From Gemmatimonadota bacterium (GTDB lineage Bacteria > Gemmatimonadota > Gemmatimonadetes > Longimicrobiales > RSA9), in contig JBBDRO010000100.1 of the NCBI GenBank assembly GCA_040905425.1, positions 63,124 through 127,123 of the forward strand: a stretch of 64,000 nucleotides of DNA. Direction: 5' to 3'. Numbering within the stretch: the stretch's first letter is position 1; each line of letters starts with the position of its first letter. Positions 47,720 through 56,459 of this stretch are shown in pieces. The notes under the pieces are model-generated. The model ran no database searches. It saw only the letters and a list, made by a program, of their open reading frames with translations, and was not told where the DNA came from. The position numbers were made by a program, and so were the translations under genes.

Positions 47720-49504
47720 TCATTCGCCCTCCTCCAGCGGTACGTCCTGATGGCCGGGCCAGTCCCAGAGCGCCTTTTCACGGCTCGTGAACCAGTGGTC
47801 CAGCGCCCCCCCCCGCCCCACCAGGGCGCCAGCTTCCCGCGGCGCGGGATCGGCGATGGGACGCAGACCCGCTGGCGCGGCCACCGGCTCCGTCCCGGAG
47901 GCCTCCTCATCCACGCTGCCGGAGGCGGTGAGTTCCACCACCAGCCCGGTCTCGAGGCGCCCACGGAGCCGATCCTCCAGGCCGTCGATCAAAGCCGGCG
48001 GGCCGGCGGCGCTGAAGAGCAGACGGGCCCCCGCACGACGTAGATGGTCGAAGAGGTGGAAGAGCTCCTCCTGGGCGCCCTCGGTGTCCGCCAACTCGTC
48101 CACGTCGGGCATGACCAGTACCCCCACCCGGCGCAGCCGGGCGCGCCAGGCCTCTACACCGTCGTGACCGAGCGCGTCCACCAGTTCGGAAGCAAATTCA
48201 CGGCCTGGCAGCCAGGCCACGGTGAGCCCCTTCTGCAATTCCGCGATCTCGCGTGCCACGGCGGCCAGCACACGCTCGGCCAGTTCCCGGTCCCCGTGCA
48301 GGAAGTAGGGCACGTACCGGTCTCCGGTCCCCTGGGCCACCGCCGCACCGGCGCGCACGGCAAGATGGTTGGCGGGCAACGGCAACTCGGCCAACGTGGG
48401 CCCGGGTGGCGGCCGGGGCACGGGACGGGTGCGCGCCTGCACGGCCACCAGCAGTCCTTCCGCCTCCGTCACCCGCGCCGGGTCGCGCAGCACGTCGGTG
48501 CGCTCCAGCTCCGGGGCGTCACCCTCCGCTTCACGAATGAGGCGGGCCACGGTGCGCAGCCGCTCCACGCGTGACGCGAACCCCGTCAGGAACGCCTCCA
48601 CCGCGGCCTCGGCCGGCGGGCTCGCCAACGCCTCCTCAAGCAGGCGGGTGCGGAAGCCCTCCCCCTCCCAGCGGAGGATGGCCTCGGCCAGTTTGGCCTC
48701 GCTGCCGCCCGGCGAGACCACCTGACCGATCGTGCCGGTGATCTCCGTCAGGAAGGCGCCGAACTCGTCGGGACCGCGCCGGTCCAGGGCCAGGCCGAGG
48801 AGACGACCCGCCTCCTCCATGCTCACCTGGCGGCCCTCCAGTTCCTGGATGGCCAGGATCCGGTTGAGTGCGCCCTGCAGCTCCCGCACGTTCGCGAAGG
48901 CGCCGCGCGCCAGGGCCTCCGTCACCCCATCGCCGAGGGCCTGCCCGCGCTCCTCCGCCTTGCGGCGCACGATGGCCGCGCGGGTCTCCATGTCAGGCGG
49001 TGCCAGATCCGCTATAAGCCCCCCGGAGAAGCGGCTGAGGAGCCGATCGTCCAGTTCGTCGATCTCCGTGGGCGGACGGTCGCTGGCCAGCACCACCTGC
49101 CCGCCGCGCGACGCCATGCCGTCCCACGCCCGCAGCAACTCCTCCTGAACGGCTCGCCGTCCCGCCAGGAACTGGATATCGTCGAGCAGGAGGAGATCCG
49201 CGGCGTGGATCCGCTCCCGGAAGGCATCGCGCTGCCCGGACCGGATGGCACTCATCACGCCCTCCACCAGATGCTCCATGGTGTCGTAGGTGATGCGCAG
49301 GTCCGGATGGATGGTGCGCGTATGCTGCCCGATGGCCATGACCAGGTGCGTCTTGCCCAGCCCCGAGGCACTGTAGAGGAAGAGCGGGTTGTAGGCGGAG
49401 CCGGGCGTGTCGGCAACGCGCCGCGCTGCCGCAGCCGCGAGACGATTGGACGTCCCGACAATGAAGCTCTCGAAGGTGAGACGAGGGTCCAGCTCCAGCG
49501 ACAT
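47720..49504 (-). CDS. DnaA/Hda-like protein with two tandem AAA+ domains and no DNA-binding domain IV
   Basis: TFESFIVG.SN, YNPLFLYSASGLGKTHL, LLLLDDIQFL, QEEL, SDRPP, RLLSRF, NVRELQGAL; a second degenerate copy N.LA...YVPYFLHG...QEELFHLFD...LEDRLRGRL. Confidence 0.88.
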   Translation of the reverse strand: MSLELDPRLTFESFIVGTSNRLAAAAARRVADTPGSAYNPLFLYSASGLGKTHLVMAIGQHTRTIHPDLRITYDTMEHLVEGVMSAIRSGQRDAFRERIHAADLLLLDDIQFLAGRRAVQEELLRAWDGMASRGGQVVLASDRPPTEIDELDDRLLSRFSGGLIADLAPPDMETRAAIVRRKAEERGQALGDGVTEALARGAFANVRELQGALNRILAIQELEGRQVSMEEAGRLLGLALDRRGPDEFGAFLTEITGTIGQVVSPGGSEAKLAEAILRWEGEGFRTRLLEEALASPPAEAAVEAFLTGFASRVERLRTVARLIREAEGDAPELERTDVLRDPARVTEAEGLLVAVQARTRPVPRPPPGPTLAELPLPANHLAVRAGAAVAQGTGDRYVPYFLHGDRELAERVLAAVAREIAELQKGLTVAWLPGREFASELVDALGHDGVEAWRARLRRVGVLVMPDVDELADTEGAQEELFHLFDHLRRAGARLLFSAAGPPALIDGLEDRLRGRLETGLVVELTASGSVDEEASGTEPVAAPAGLRPIADPAPREAGALVGRGGALDHWFTSREKALWDWPGHQDVPLEEGE

Positions 49505-49511
49505 TGCTCTC

Positions 49512-50141
49512 CTAGGTAGTGGCTGCGCCCGTCGGCGGCGCTTCGATCTTCTGACGGAAGCGGCGCGACAGGCTCTGCAACGTGAGCTGGCTGACCGCCT
49601 TCAGGGTGTCGAAGACGCCGTCCCCGGTGAGCGCCGCGGCCGGGAACGCCGGTACGTCACGAAAGTTCAACGTGTCATCCAGGTCGGCCACGCTCATGAT
49701 CCCCGGCAGGTCCCGCTTGTTGTACTGCAGGACCATGGGGAAGTCTTCCAGCTCCACGTTTTCCTCCAGGAGATTCTCGTGGAGATTGCGCAGACTGTCC
49801 ACGTTCTCCTCCATCTTCTCCCGCTGCGAATCGGCCACGAAGACCACGCCGTCGGCCCCGCGCAGTACCAGCTTGCGGGTGGCGTTGTAGTACACCTGAC
49901 CGGGCACCGTGTACAGTTGTACGCGCGTCCGGAACCCTGAGATCGTGCCCAGGTCGAGCGGCAGGAAATCGAAGAAGAGCGTGCGGTCTGTCTCCGTGGC
50001 CAGGGAGACCATGGGTCCCTTCCGCTCGTCCGGCACGTACGCGTGCACGTACTGGAGGTTGCTCGTCTTGCCGGACCGCCCCGGCCCGTAATAGACAATC
50101 TTGCAGGTGATCTCACGGGTGGAATAATTGACCAGGGACAT
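49512..50141 (-). CDS. mglA: MglA-family small Ras-like GTPase
   Basis: KIVYYGPGRSGKTSNL, TETDRTLFFDFLP (catalytic Arg), YTVPGQ, NKRDL; closely resembles my recollection of Myxococcus/Thermus MglA. Confidence 0.95.
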   Translation of the reverse strand: MSLVNYSTREITCKIVYYGPGRSGKTSNLQYVHAYVPDERKGPMVSLATETDRTLFFDFLPLDLGTISGFRTRVQLYTVPGQVYYNATRKLVLRGADGVVFVADSQREKMEENVDSLRNLHENLLEENVELEDFPMVLQYNKRDLPGIMSVADLDDTLNFRDVPAFPAAALTGDGVFDTLKAVSQLTLQSLSRRFRQKIEAPPTGAATT

Positions 50142-50171
50142 GGTTCGATTCCTGGGAGGGGGAGGCGTTCG

Positions 50172-50657
50172 TCAATCCGGGTCCGACTCGAAGACCCGCT
50201 GGATCCCCGCTTCGAGATCTCGCTCGAAACTGGCCTGATCCGTGGATCCCAGGTCGGCGCCGAATATGGGCAATGCGGCCAGGTCGGCCGCCAGACGGTC
50301 GAAGAAGAACTGTACCAGACCGAGCGTGGAGCCGCCGTCGAAGATCGTCACCACGATCAATTCCTCTACCGGAGTCTTCACGGGTGCCAGGAAGAGCTGC
50401 CGCTCCCTGCCCGCATGGTAGAGATGGGTCCACCGCCCCGCGCCCGAAATCTCGGCGAGCATACGGGAGGAGGCGTGTGCCGCCGCGGCCAGCGATGCCA
50501 CGTTCACCACTTCGTAGCTGCTGGCAAACCCGTGCTGCGCCAGCACCTGCCCCGAGTGGTTCACCAGCAGCGCCAGGCGGACCCGCGCCTCGCGTACGAA
50601 GCCATGCATGGGCTCGCGCACCGCACCCATGATGGCGGGCAGTTCGTCACTTCTCAT
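50172..50657 (-). CDS. mglB: Roadblock/LC7 protein, MglB-like (likely the cognate GAP)
   Basis: ALLVNHSGQVLA, VASLAAA, STLGLV Roadblock pattern; lies directly upstream of mglA. Confidence 0.75.
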   Translation of the reverse strand: MRSDELPAIMGAVREPMHGFVREARVRLALLVNHSGQVLAQHGFASSYEVVNVASLAAAAHASSRMLAEISGAGRWTHLYHAGRERQLFLAPVKTPVEELIVVTIFDGGSTLGLVQFFFDRLAADLAALPIFGADLGSTDQASFERDLEAGIQRVFESDPD

Positions 50658-51004
50658 TGCAGCCCCGCCGCCGCGCGCTCGGCCTCAACGCGGATCATAC
50701 CCAGCTGAGCGTCGGATTCGGCGATGGCCACCACCACGAGCGGACCCGCGCCCGCCATCACCACATGGCCGCCCGCGGCCTCGAGCTGTACGGCCGTGAG
50801 CGCACCCATGGAACCGGCGGCCGTGGCATGGCCGGCCCGTTGGAAGAGGGAAGCGGCCAGGGCCGCCAGCGGGCCACCGTCCACGCCGGCGGCCAGTTCG
50901 GCGGTCACCGGGACACCCGTCTCGGCCTCCACCACCATGGCGCCCCGTACACCCTGTACACGGGTGAGGGCGGCAACAGCCGCATCGAACGCGTCGGGAT
51001 TCAT
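50654..51004 (-). CDS. Roadblock/LC7 domain protein
   Basis: VQGVRGAMVV...GVPV, LAALAASL, AQLGMIRVE; ATGA overlaps on both sides. Confidence 0.85.
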   Translation of the reverse strand: MNPDAFDAAVAALTRVQGVRGAMVVEAETGVPVTAELAAGVDGGPLAALAASLFQRAGHATAAGSMGALTAVQLEAAGGHVVMAGAGPLVVVAIAESDAQLGMIRVEAERAAAGLQ

Positions 51005-51978
51005 GCGTAGCTCTCCAGGAAGCGGCTGGCCAGTTCGCGCGCCCGCGCGGCCCCGCGCATCACCCATCCCACGGGCGCATCGCGCCGGGCCGCCAGGACC
51101 ACCACGGTATCACCCGGAGCCGGCGCCAGGTGCAGCAGGGCCACCTCCGTGTGCAGCAGGATGCCCTCCCATGCGCCCAGGCTCAGGTGCTCGGCCGTGC
51201 GAGCCGCTTCCTCCACGGCGTCGCCCAGACCGGCGCCCAGCCCTTCCGCCGAGGCATCGGCCGGCTCCCGCAGCGTGCCCGCCAGGATGAGGCCCTGCGC
51301 ATCCAGCAGCAGCGCGCCGAGCACCGGCCCGCGCATCACGGCGTCGAAGAGGCGCGTGGGGTCCTCGGCCAGGACCGCCGCGTGCGCCGCGTGCGCCGCG
51401 TGCGCCGCCTCCGCCGCCTCCACCGCCGCCGCGTCGACGGGCGGAGACGGCCGCGGGGCGGGAGCCACCTCGGCCGCCGCGGCCCCGGAGGGATGGCCGT
51501 CGGCGCCATGGCCCGCGGTCGTGGTGCCACCGAACGGATCCGGCGCGGCCTTGACCTTGCGCGCCTCCTGACGCTGCCGCAGCAACTGCAGCGCCTCCCG
51601 CACCGCGGGATCGGCCGGCCGGGTCAGCGCGGCCGCTTCCAGATGCTGCCGCGAACGCTCCAACTCGCCCGTCTCAAGGTAACAGAAACCAAGACCGCGC
51701 AGCGCATCGAAGTTGCCGGGGTCCAGGCGCAGCACCATGGACCACTCGTCCGCGGCGCGCTCCCGATCCCCCGCTTCCAGGTAGAGCAGCGCCAGCAGCC
51801 CGTGACCCTCCACGTTCATGGGGTGCGCTTCCAACCCGCGCAGGCAGAGATTGAGTGCGGCGTCGCGCTGCCCCTGGCGCCGGTAGGCGCGGGCCAGCGG
51901 CAGGAACGCCAGCGAGCCGGGGTCACTGGCCACCTCCTGGCTCCAGCGTTGCAGATCCGCCGTCACGGGTCGCGTCAT
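51001..51978 (-). CDS. TPR + Roadblock/LC7 fusion protein
   Basis: N-terminal TPRs (FLPLARAYRRQG, VLRLDP); Ala/Pro/His linker; C-terminal VLGALLLDAQGLILAG...PVGWV Roadblock domain. Confidence 0.82.
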   Translation of the reverse strand: MTRPVTADLQRWSQEVASDPGSLAFLPLARAYRRQGQRDAALNLCLRGLEAHPMNVEGHGLLALLYLEAGDRERAADEWSMVLRLDPGNFDALRGLGFCYLETGELERSRQHLEAAALTRPADPAVREALQLLRQRQEARKVKAAPDPFGGTTTAGHGADGHPSGAAAAEVAPAPRPSPPVDAAAVEAAEAAHAAHAAHAAVLAEDPTRLFDAVMRGPVLGALLLDAQGLILAGTLREPADASAEGLGAGLGDAVEEAARTAEHLSLGAWEGILLHTEVALLHLAPAPGDTVVVLAARRDAPVGWVMRGAARARELASRFLESYA

Positions 51979-52009
51979 TGCCACTCCTCGTTGCCGCCAT
52001 GCAGGAAGC

Positions 52010-53134
52010 TCATCGGGCCCCGCTCTCGACCACCCGCGTCAGCACGCGCAGGGCGGCCAACCCCTCATCCACGACCTTCCGCTCATCACCATCGGGCATC
52101 AGGCGCAGGTAGGTGTCCCATGCGCGCGCGCCGCGCTCCAGGTCCCCGGTGCGCACGGCCGAGAAGCCCAGGCGGAAGTGCCCTTCGGTGGAGAGCGGAT
52201 CCAGCCCCACGGCCCGTGCGTAAGCCTCCGTTGCCGCGCGCATGCGCCGCTGCGCCTCCAGGGCCCGACCCGCCAGCAGGGCAATCTCCGCGTGCTCGGG
52301 GTATGCGGTCTCGAGTTCCGCGGCCAGTTTCTGCGCCTCCTCCACACGGCCGTCGGCCAGGTGTTGCTCGGCCCGCGCCATGGCCTCCCGGAGCTCACCT
52401 TCCGGTACGTGGCTGCGCTGCTCCTGCACCTGCAGCACACCCGTGCTCACCAGTCCGTAGATCGTCTTGGCCACGTCGAACGCGCTGCGTCCCAGGTCCG
52501 CCGCGATCTGCCGGATATCCCGGTGCGCGTCGATTTCCGCGAGCACCTCCCACTCCTCCGTGCGCAGGTCGAGCGGCGCCGCCTCGCGCTCGGCGGCCGG
52601 GGCCAGCACCGGCACCGCCTCGGGACCGGGCACCTTGGATTCCAGCCGCGTCCATTCATCGATCCGCCGGGCACCCTCCATGAGCAGCGACTCCACCCGC
52701 ACCTGGGCCAGCAGGCGGCCCTGACCGATGCCGGCACGCTCCTCGAAGCGGAAGTACCCCTCGTCCCAGCCCATCAGTTCGTAGACGGTCTCCTCCATCT
52801 GGAAGCGGAGTTGCCGCTCCAGTTCTTCCTCCGTGATGCTCCCCATCTCCAGGAGGATCTCGGCCAGTCGGCGCGTGGGGTCGGTGCGCTGCAGTTCGAG
52901 CGCGCGATCCAACTCCCGCTGCGTGAGTCGACCGGCCCGGATGAGCAGCTGCCCCAGCCGCCGCGGCGAGCGCCGCCGTACCGCGAACACGATGGCGCCC
53001 CGACTGAAGTGGACGATGGCCTCGTCGTTCAAACGATCCGAGCGAACCGTCAGCACGCCGGTCTTGTGCGCCAGTTCGAGGAGCTGGAGCACGTCCTGGA
53101 TGCTGAGTTCCTCGAGGGGCCCCTCGATGGCCAC
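52010..53134 (-). CDS. DUF4388 / MshEN-like / wHTH-like / TPR protein
   Basis: GTG start; AIEGPLEELSIQDVLQLL..KTGVL; RLGQLLIRAG...Q; GYFRF; SLLMEGARRIDEW; C-terminal TPRs. Confidence 0.85.
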   Translation of the reverse strand: MAIEGPLEELSIQDVLQLLELAHKTGVLTVRSDRLNDEAIVHFSRGAIVFAVRRRSPRRLGQLLIRAGRLTQRELDRALELQRTDPTRRLAEILLEMGSITEEELERQLRFQMEETVYELMGWDEGYFRFEERAGIGQGRLLAQVRVESLLMEGARRIDEWTRLESKVPGPEAVPVLAPAAEREAAPLDLRTEEWEVLAEIDAHRDIRQIAADLGRSAFDVAKTIYGLVSTGVLQVQEQRSHVPEGELREAMARAEQHLADGRVEEAQKLAAELETAYPEHAEIALLAGRALEAQRRMRAATEAYARAVGLDPLSTEGHFRLGFSAVRTGDLERGARAWDTYLRLMPDGDERKVVDEGLAALRVLTRVVESGAR

Positions 53135-53147
53135 GCGCCCTCCCCGC

Positions 53148-55841
53148 CTACGTGGCCGCGACCGGCGCCGCGCCCGGCGCCGCGCTCTGGAGCCGCTCCA
53201 GCGCAGCGCTGGCGTCCGCGTTGCCGGGGTCGAAGCCGAGGGCGCGCCGATAGGCCACGCGCGCCTTGCCGTGCATGCCGGCATCCTCCAGCACCGCCCC
53301 CAGGCGAACCAGACCCTGGAGGTGGTAGGGATCCACCGTGAGGAGATCCACCAAGGCGGCGATGGCCTCGCGGTGGTGCCCGCGCCCGCGCTCGACCTCC
53401 GCCAGCCCGAGCGCGGCCTCACCGTAGCTGGGCAGGACCGCCAGCGCCACGCGGTACTCCGCCGCCGCCGCCGCCGCGTCCCCCCGCCGCGTCAGCACCC
53501 GTGCCAGAGCCGTGCGCGCCGCCGGCGCGTCCCCGCCACGCTCCAGAGCGTCACGCAACGCCCGCTCGGCGCGGGCCGTTTCGCCGGCCTCCAGGGCGGC
53601 GCGACCGAGCTGCGTGAGCAGGCCGGGATTGGCCGGTCCGGTGTCCACGGCCTCCTCCAGGACCAGCATGGCCCGGCCGTGGTCGCCCACCTGGGTCAGT
53701 CCCTCCGCCAGCGTGCGCAGCGCCACCACGTCACCCGGGAACAGCTCGGTGAGTCGCTCGGCCGCCTCCACCGCTTCCCGCGGCCTGTCGAGCTGGAGCA
53801 GCGAGCGGGCGGCGCCGAGCAACGCCCTGCCGAGGGCGGCCTCGCCCTCGTCGTCCTCGTCGCTCGCCGTACCACCTCGCGCCACCTCGGCCAGGGCGGC
53901 CTCGAAACGCTCCACCGCCTCACCCGCCGCGCCGCGGCGCAGGAAAGCCTCACCCTGCAGAAGGAGGCCCTGCACCCGGGGGCCGCCCTCCTGGATCATG
54001 TGCAGGGCCTCACGCTGCACCGCCTCCAGGTCTCCCCGGTCGAGCGCGGCCTGCGCCGCGGCCAGCCGGCTCCGGCCGCCCGCGGGGGAAGCGGCCTGGC
54101 CCGAACCCTCCCGGGCAAAGACCGAATCCAGCTCGCCCGCATCAGGCACGAAGGCCTCGATGGGCTGCCCGGGGCGGACCTCCTCCGCCGCGTCCAGCTC
54201 GGGCGCCAGCACGCTCGTCTCCTCGTACTGCAGGTCGATGAGCAGCCGGTGGCGCGCGGGGGGGATGAAGGGGCTCTTCTCCAGGGCGTGCCGGGTCTCC
54301 CGCAGCGCACCCTCGTAGTCCCCCAGTGCGGACAGGGCGAACGCCAGGTTGTAGCGTGCCTCGGCCAGGTCGGGGTCGAGCTCTACCGCGCGTACGAGAG
54401 CATCGCGCGCTCCGGAGGCATCGCCACCCTCCATGAGCGCGGCGCCCAGCCCGGCCCAGGCGGGGGCGGCGCCGTCATCGGCCTGCAGGGCCACGCGAAA
54501 GGTCTCGACCGCCTCGCCATGGCGGCCGGCGCGTTGCAGCAGGAGCGCCAGGTTGCGGGCCACGTCGGCCGTGGCCCGTCCGCCCTCGAGTGCTCGCCGC
54601 AGCAGTTGCTCGGCCGGCTGCGGCCGCCCCTGGTGCAGCTCCGCGACGGCCAGGTTGTTCAGGACCAGGACGTAACTACCGTCCAGTTCGAGCCCGCGCC
54701 GGTAGGCGGCCGCGGCACCGTCCAGATCCCCCTGCTGGTGCCGCGCCACGCCAAGCTCGTTCCACAGCTTGGGAGAATCAGCCTGCTGCCGCGTGAGCGC
54801 CTCGTAGAGACTGACGGCTTCCGCGTCCCCCCGCAGCAGCAGCATCTCCGCCTGGGCCTGCTGCACCAGTTGAGCGTCCTCCCCCCTTTCCGTGGCCAGG
54901 CGGAACTCCCGCAGCGCCTCGTCGAAAAGCGCCTTCTGCCGGAAGGCAATGCCCAGATTGTAGTGGGCCAGCGCCGCGTTCTCGGCCACGGCGGGTCCCT
55001 CGCCACGCTCGCCCACCAGCTCCTGATACCGGGCGTTGCTGTGGCTGTCCAGGGACAGATTGGTCTCGGCGCGGGACAGTGACGGGTTGAGCTCGGACGC
55101 ACGGGCCGCAGCGCTGCCCGCCTGTTCCTCCATGCCCAGGTCACCGTAAACGAAGGCCAGGAGGTGATGCGCCTCCGCCAGCGACGGCTGGAGCTGGACC
55201 GCCATCTCCAGCGGTCCCCGCGCCTCGGCGCTTCGTCCCTGCTGGTACTTCACCTCCCCCATGAGGAGGTGTGCGCGGGCGTTCGAAGCGTCCAGCGCCG
55301 CCGCGTTGCCCAGCGCCACCAGCGCCTCGTCCGGACTGCCCCGCCGCAGCTCGGCGCGCGCCAGCATGAGGTAGACGGCGGCGTCGCGCGGACGACCCGT
55401 CTGGACGGCACGCCACTCACGCACCGCCGCCTCGGCGTCCCCCGAATGGTAGTAGGCGCGCGCGAGCCGCTCCCGGGCCACGAGGTCATCGGCGTCGCGA
55501 GCCAGCGCGGCGCGGGCATCGGCCACCAGCCGCTCGAAGTAGCCGGTGCCGAAGAAGACGATGCGCAGATTGCGCTCCGCCACCTGCATGCGGGGATCCA
55601 GTTCGAGGGCGCGCTCGAACTGTTCCGCGGCATCCCCGAAGAGTCCCTTGTGATAGTAGACCACGCCCAGGTTGTTGTGGGCGTTCGGGTCATCCTGCTT
55701 GATACGGCGGGCCAGGCCGCGGAGCAACTCGGCGTCCCGCTCCGAACGCGGCTGTGCGCCCTGGGGCCGGCTGCGCGGACCGTCGCCTCGATCCCGCCAG
55801 GGAAGCGTGGGCTGCTGCGGCTCGGGCCGGGGCGTACTCAC
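53148..55841 (-). CDS. large cytoplasmic TPR repeat protein (897 aa)
   Basis: Many canonical TPRs (AHNNLGVVYY...ALELDP, AHYNLGIAF, LWNELGV, ARYNLAF); no signal peptide; ATG overlaps the cheC stop. Confidence 0.9.
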   Translation of the reverse strand: MSTPRPEPQQPTLPWRDRGDGPRSRPQGAQPRSERDAELLRGLARRIKQDDPNAHNNLGVVYYHKGLFGDAAEQFERALELDPRMQVAERNLRIVFFGTGYFERLVADARAALARDADDLVARERLARAYYHSGDAEAAVREWRAVQTGRPRDAAVYLMLARAELRRGSPDEALVALGNAAALDASNARAHLLMGEVKYQQGRSAEARGPLEMAVQLQPSLAEAHHLLAFVYGDLGMEEQAGSAAARASELNPSLSRAETNLSLDSHSNARYQELVGERGEGPAVAENAALAHYNLGIAFRQKALFDEALREFRLATERGEDAQLVQQAQAEMLLLRGDAEAVSLYEALTRQQADSPKLWNELGVARHQQGDLDGAAAAYRRGLELDGSYVLVLNNLAVAELHQGRPQPAEQLLRRALEGGRATADVARNLALLLQRAGRHGEAVETFRVALQADDGAAPAWAGLGAALMEGGDASGARDALVRAVELDPDLAEARYNLAFALSALGDYEGALRETRHALEKSPFIPPARHRLLIDLQYEETSVLAPELDAAEEVRPGQPIEAFVPDAGELDSVFAREGSGQAASPAGGRSRLAAAQAALDRGDLEAVQREALHMIQEGGPRVQGLLLQGEAFLRRGAAGEAVERFEAALAEVARGGTASDEDDEGEAALGRALLGAARSLLQLDRPREAVEAAERLTELFPGDVVALRTLAEGLTQVGDHGRAMLVLEEAVDTGPANPGLLTQLGRAALEAGETARAERALRDALERGGDAPAARTALARVLTRRGDAAAAAAEYRVALAVLPSYGEAALGLAEVERGRGHHREAIAALVDLLTVDPYHLQGLVRLGAVLEDAGMHGKARVAYRRALGFDPGNADASAALERLQSAAPGAAPVAAT

Positions 55842-56455
55842 ACGAGCCTCAGCGCCCGGAGCATGGCCTCCAGCGACGCGTCATCCGGAATGAGCAGGAA
55901 GTGGGCGCCCATCTCCGTTTTACCGTCCAGCATGAGGTCCGTATTCATGACGAAGACAAAGTCCTGGTCCGCACCGAAATTCACATAGCTGGTGGACAGC
56001 ACCGCGCCCACCATGTCCATGGCAAAGGAGGGCACGGACATGATGAGCAGCATGCCCATGAACTCGGAGAGCGCGTTCAGGTAGGCGCCCACGATGATGT
56101 TGCCCACCTCTTCCAGGATGGACTGCTCGGCCGGTCCGAGATCACGTGGGAACTCCAGGCCCTTGCGGCCTCCCATGATCTCCACCAGTACGGCGGCGGT
56201 GCCAGCGGGGAAAAGCTGGAGGGTTCGTCCGGTGACGTCCCCCAGGACCTTCATCACCACGGCGGAGACGGGCTCCTGGGGGTCGCCCATGGCCGAGGAA
56301 ACATCCTCGAGTGCCACTACCTTCACCTCGGGCACTGACACGGTGATGGCCCGCGTGGTCATGTCCGACAACGCCGTGGCCGCGTGCCCCGCGCCGATAT
56401 TGGCGATCTCGCGGAGCGCGGAGTACTGGATCTCGGTGAGGCCGCGCACGTCCAT
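55838..56455 (-). CDS. cheC: CheC-family CheY-P phosphatase
   Basis: Two ExxN active-site motifs: LREIANIGAGHAATALS and LEEVGNII...YLNAL. Confidence 0.92.
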   Translation of the reverse strand: MDVRGLTEIQYSALREIANIGAGHAATALSDMTTRAITVSVPEVKVVALEDVSSAMGDPQEPVSAVVMKVLGDVTGRTLQLFPAGTAAVLVEIMGGRKGLEFPRDLGPAEQSILEEVGNIIVGAYLNALSEFMGMLLIMSVPSFAMDMVGAVLSTSYVNFGADQDFVFVMNTDLMLDGKTEMGAHFLLIPDDASLEAMLRALRLV

Positions 56456-56459
56456 TCGA

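Noticed and set aside
47720..49504. Calling this gene the canonical dnaA, with oriC nearby
   Set aside because: It has no domain I or IV, no dnaN/recF/gyrB context, flanking gaps of only 7 and 22 bp, and I saw no TTATCCACA box cluster.
52833..55082. Long plus-strand ORFs antisense to real genes (e.g. 483-2207, 11191-13326, 52833-55082)
   Set aside because: These are shadow ORFs expected at high GC; they are low-complexity Arg/Ala/Ser-rich and the opposite strand carries recognisable proteins.
51001..55841. MCP-like methylation sites (EE/EQ pairs) in the TPR proteins as CheR substrates
   Set aside because: Matches such as AVEEAART and GMEEQAGS are expected by chance in Ala/Glu-rich helices.
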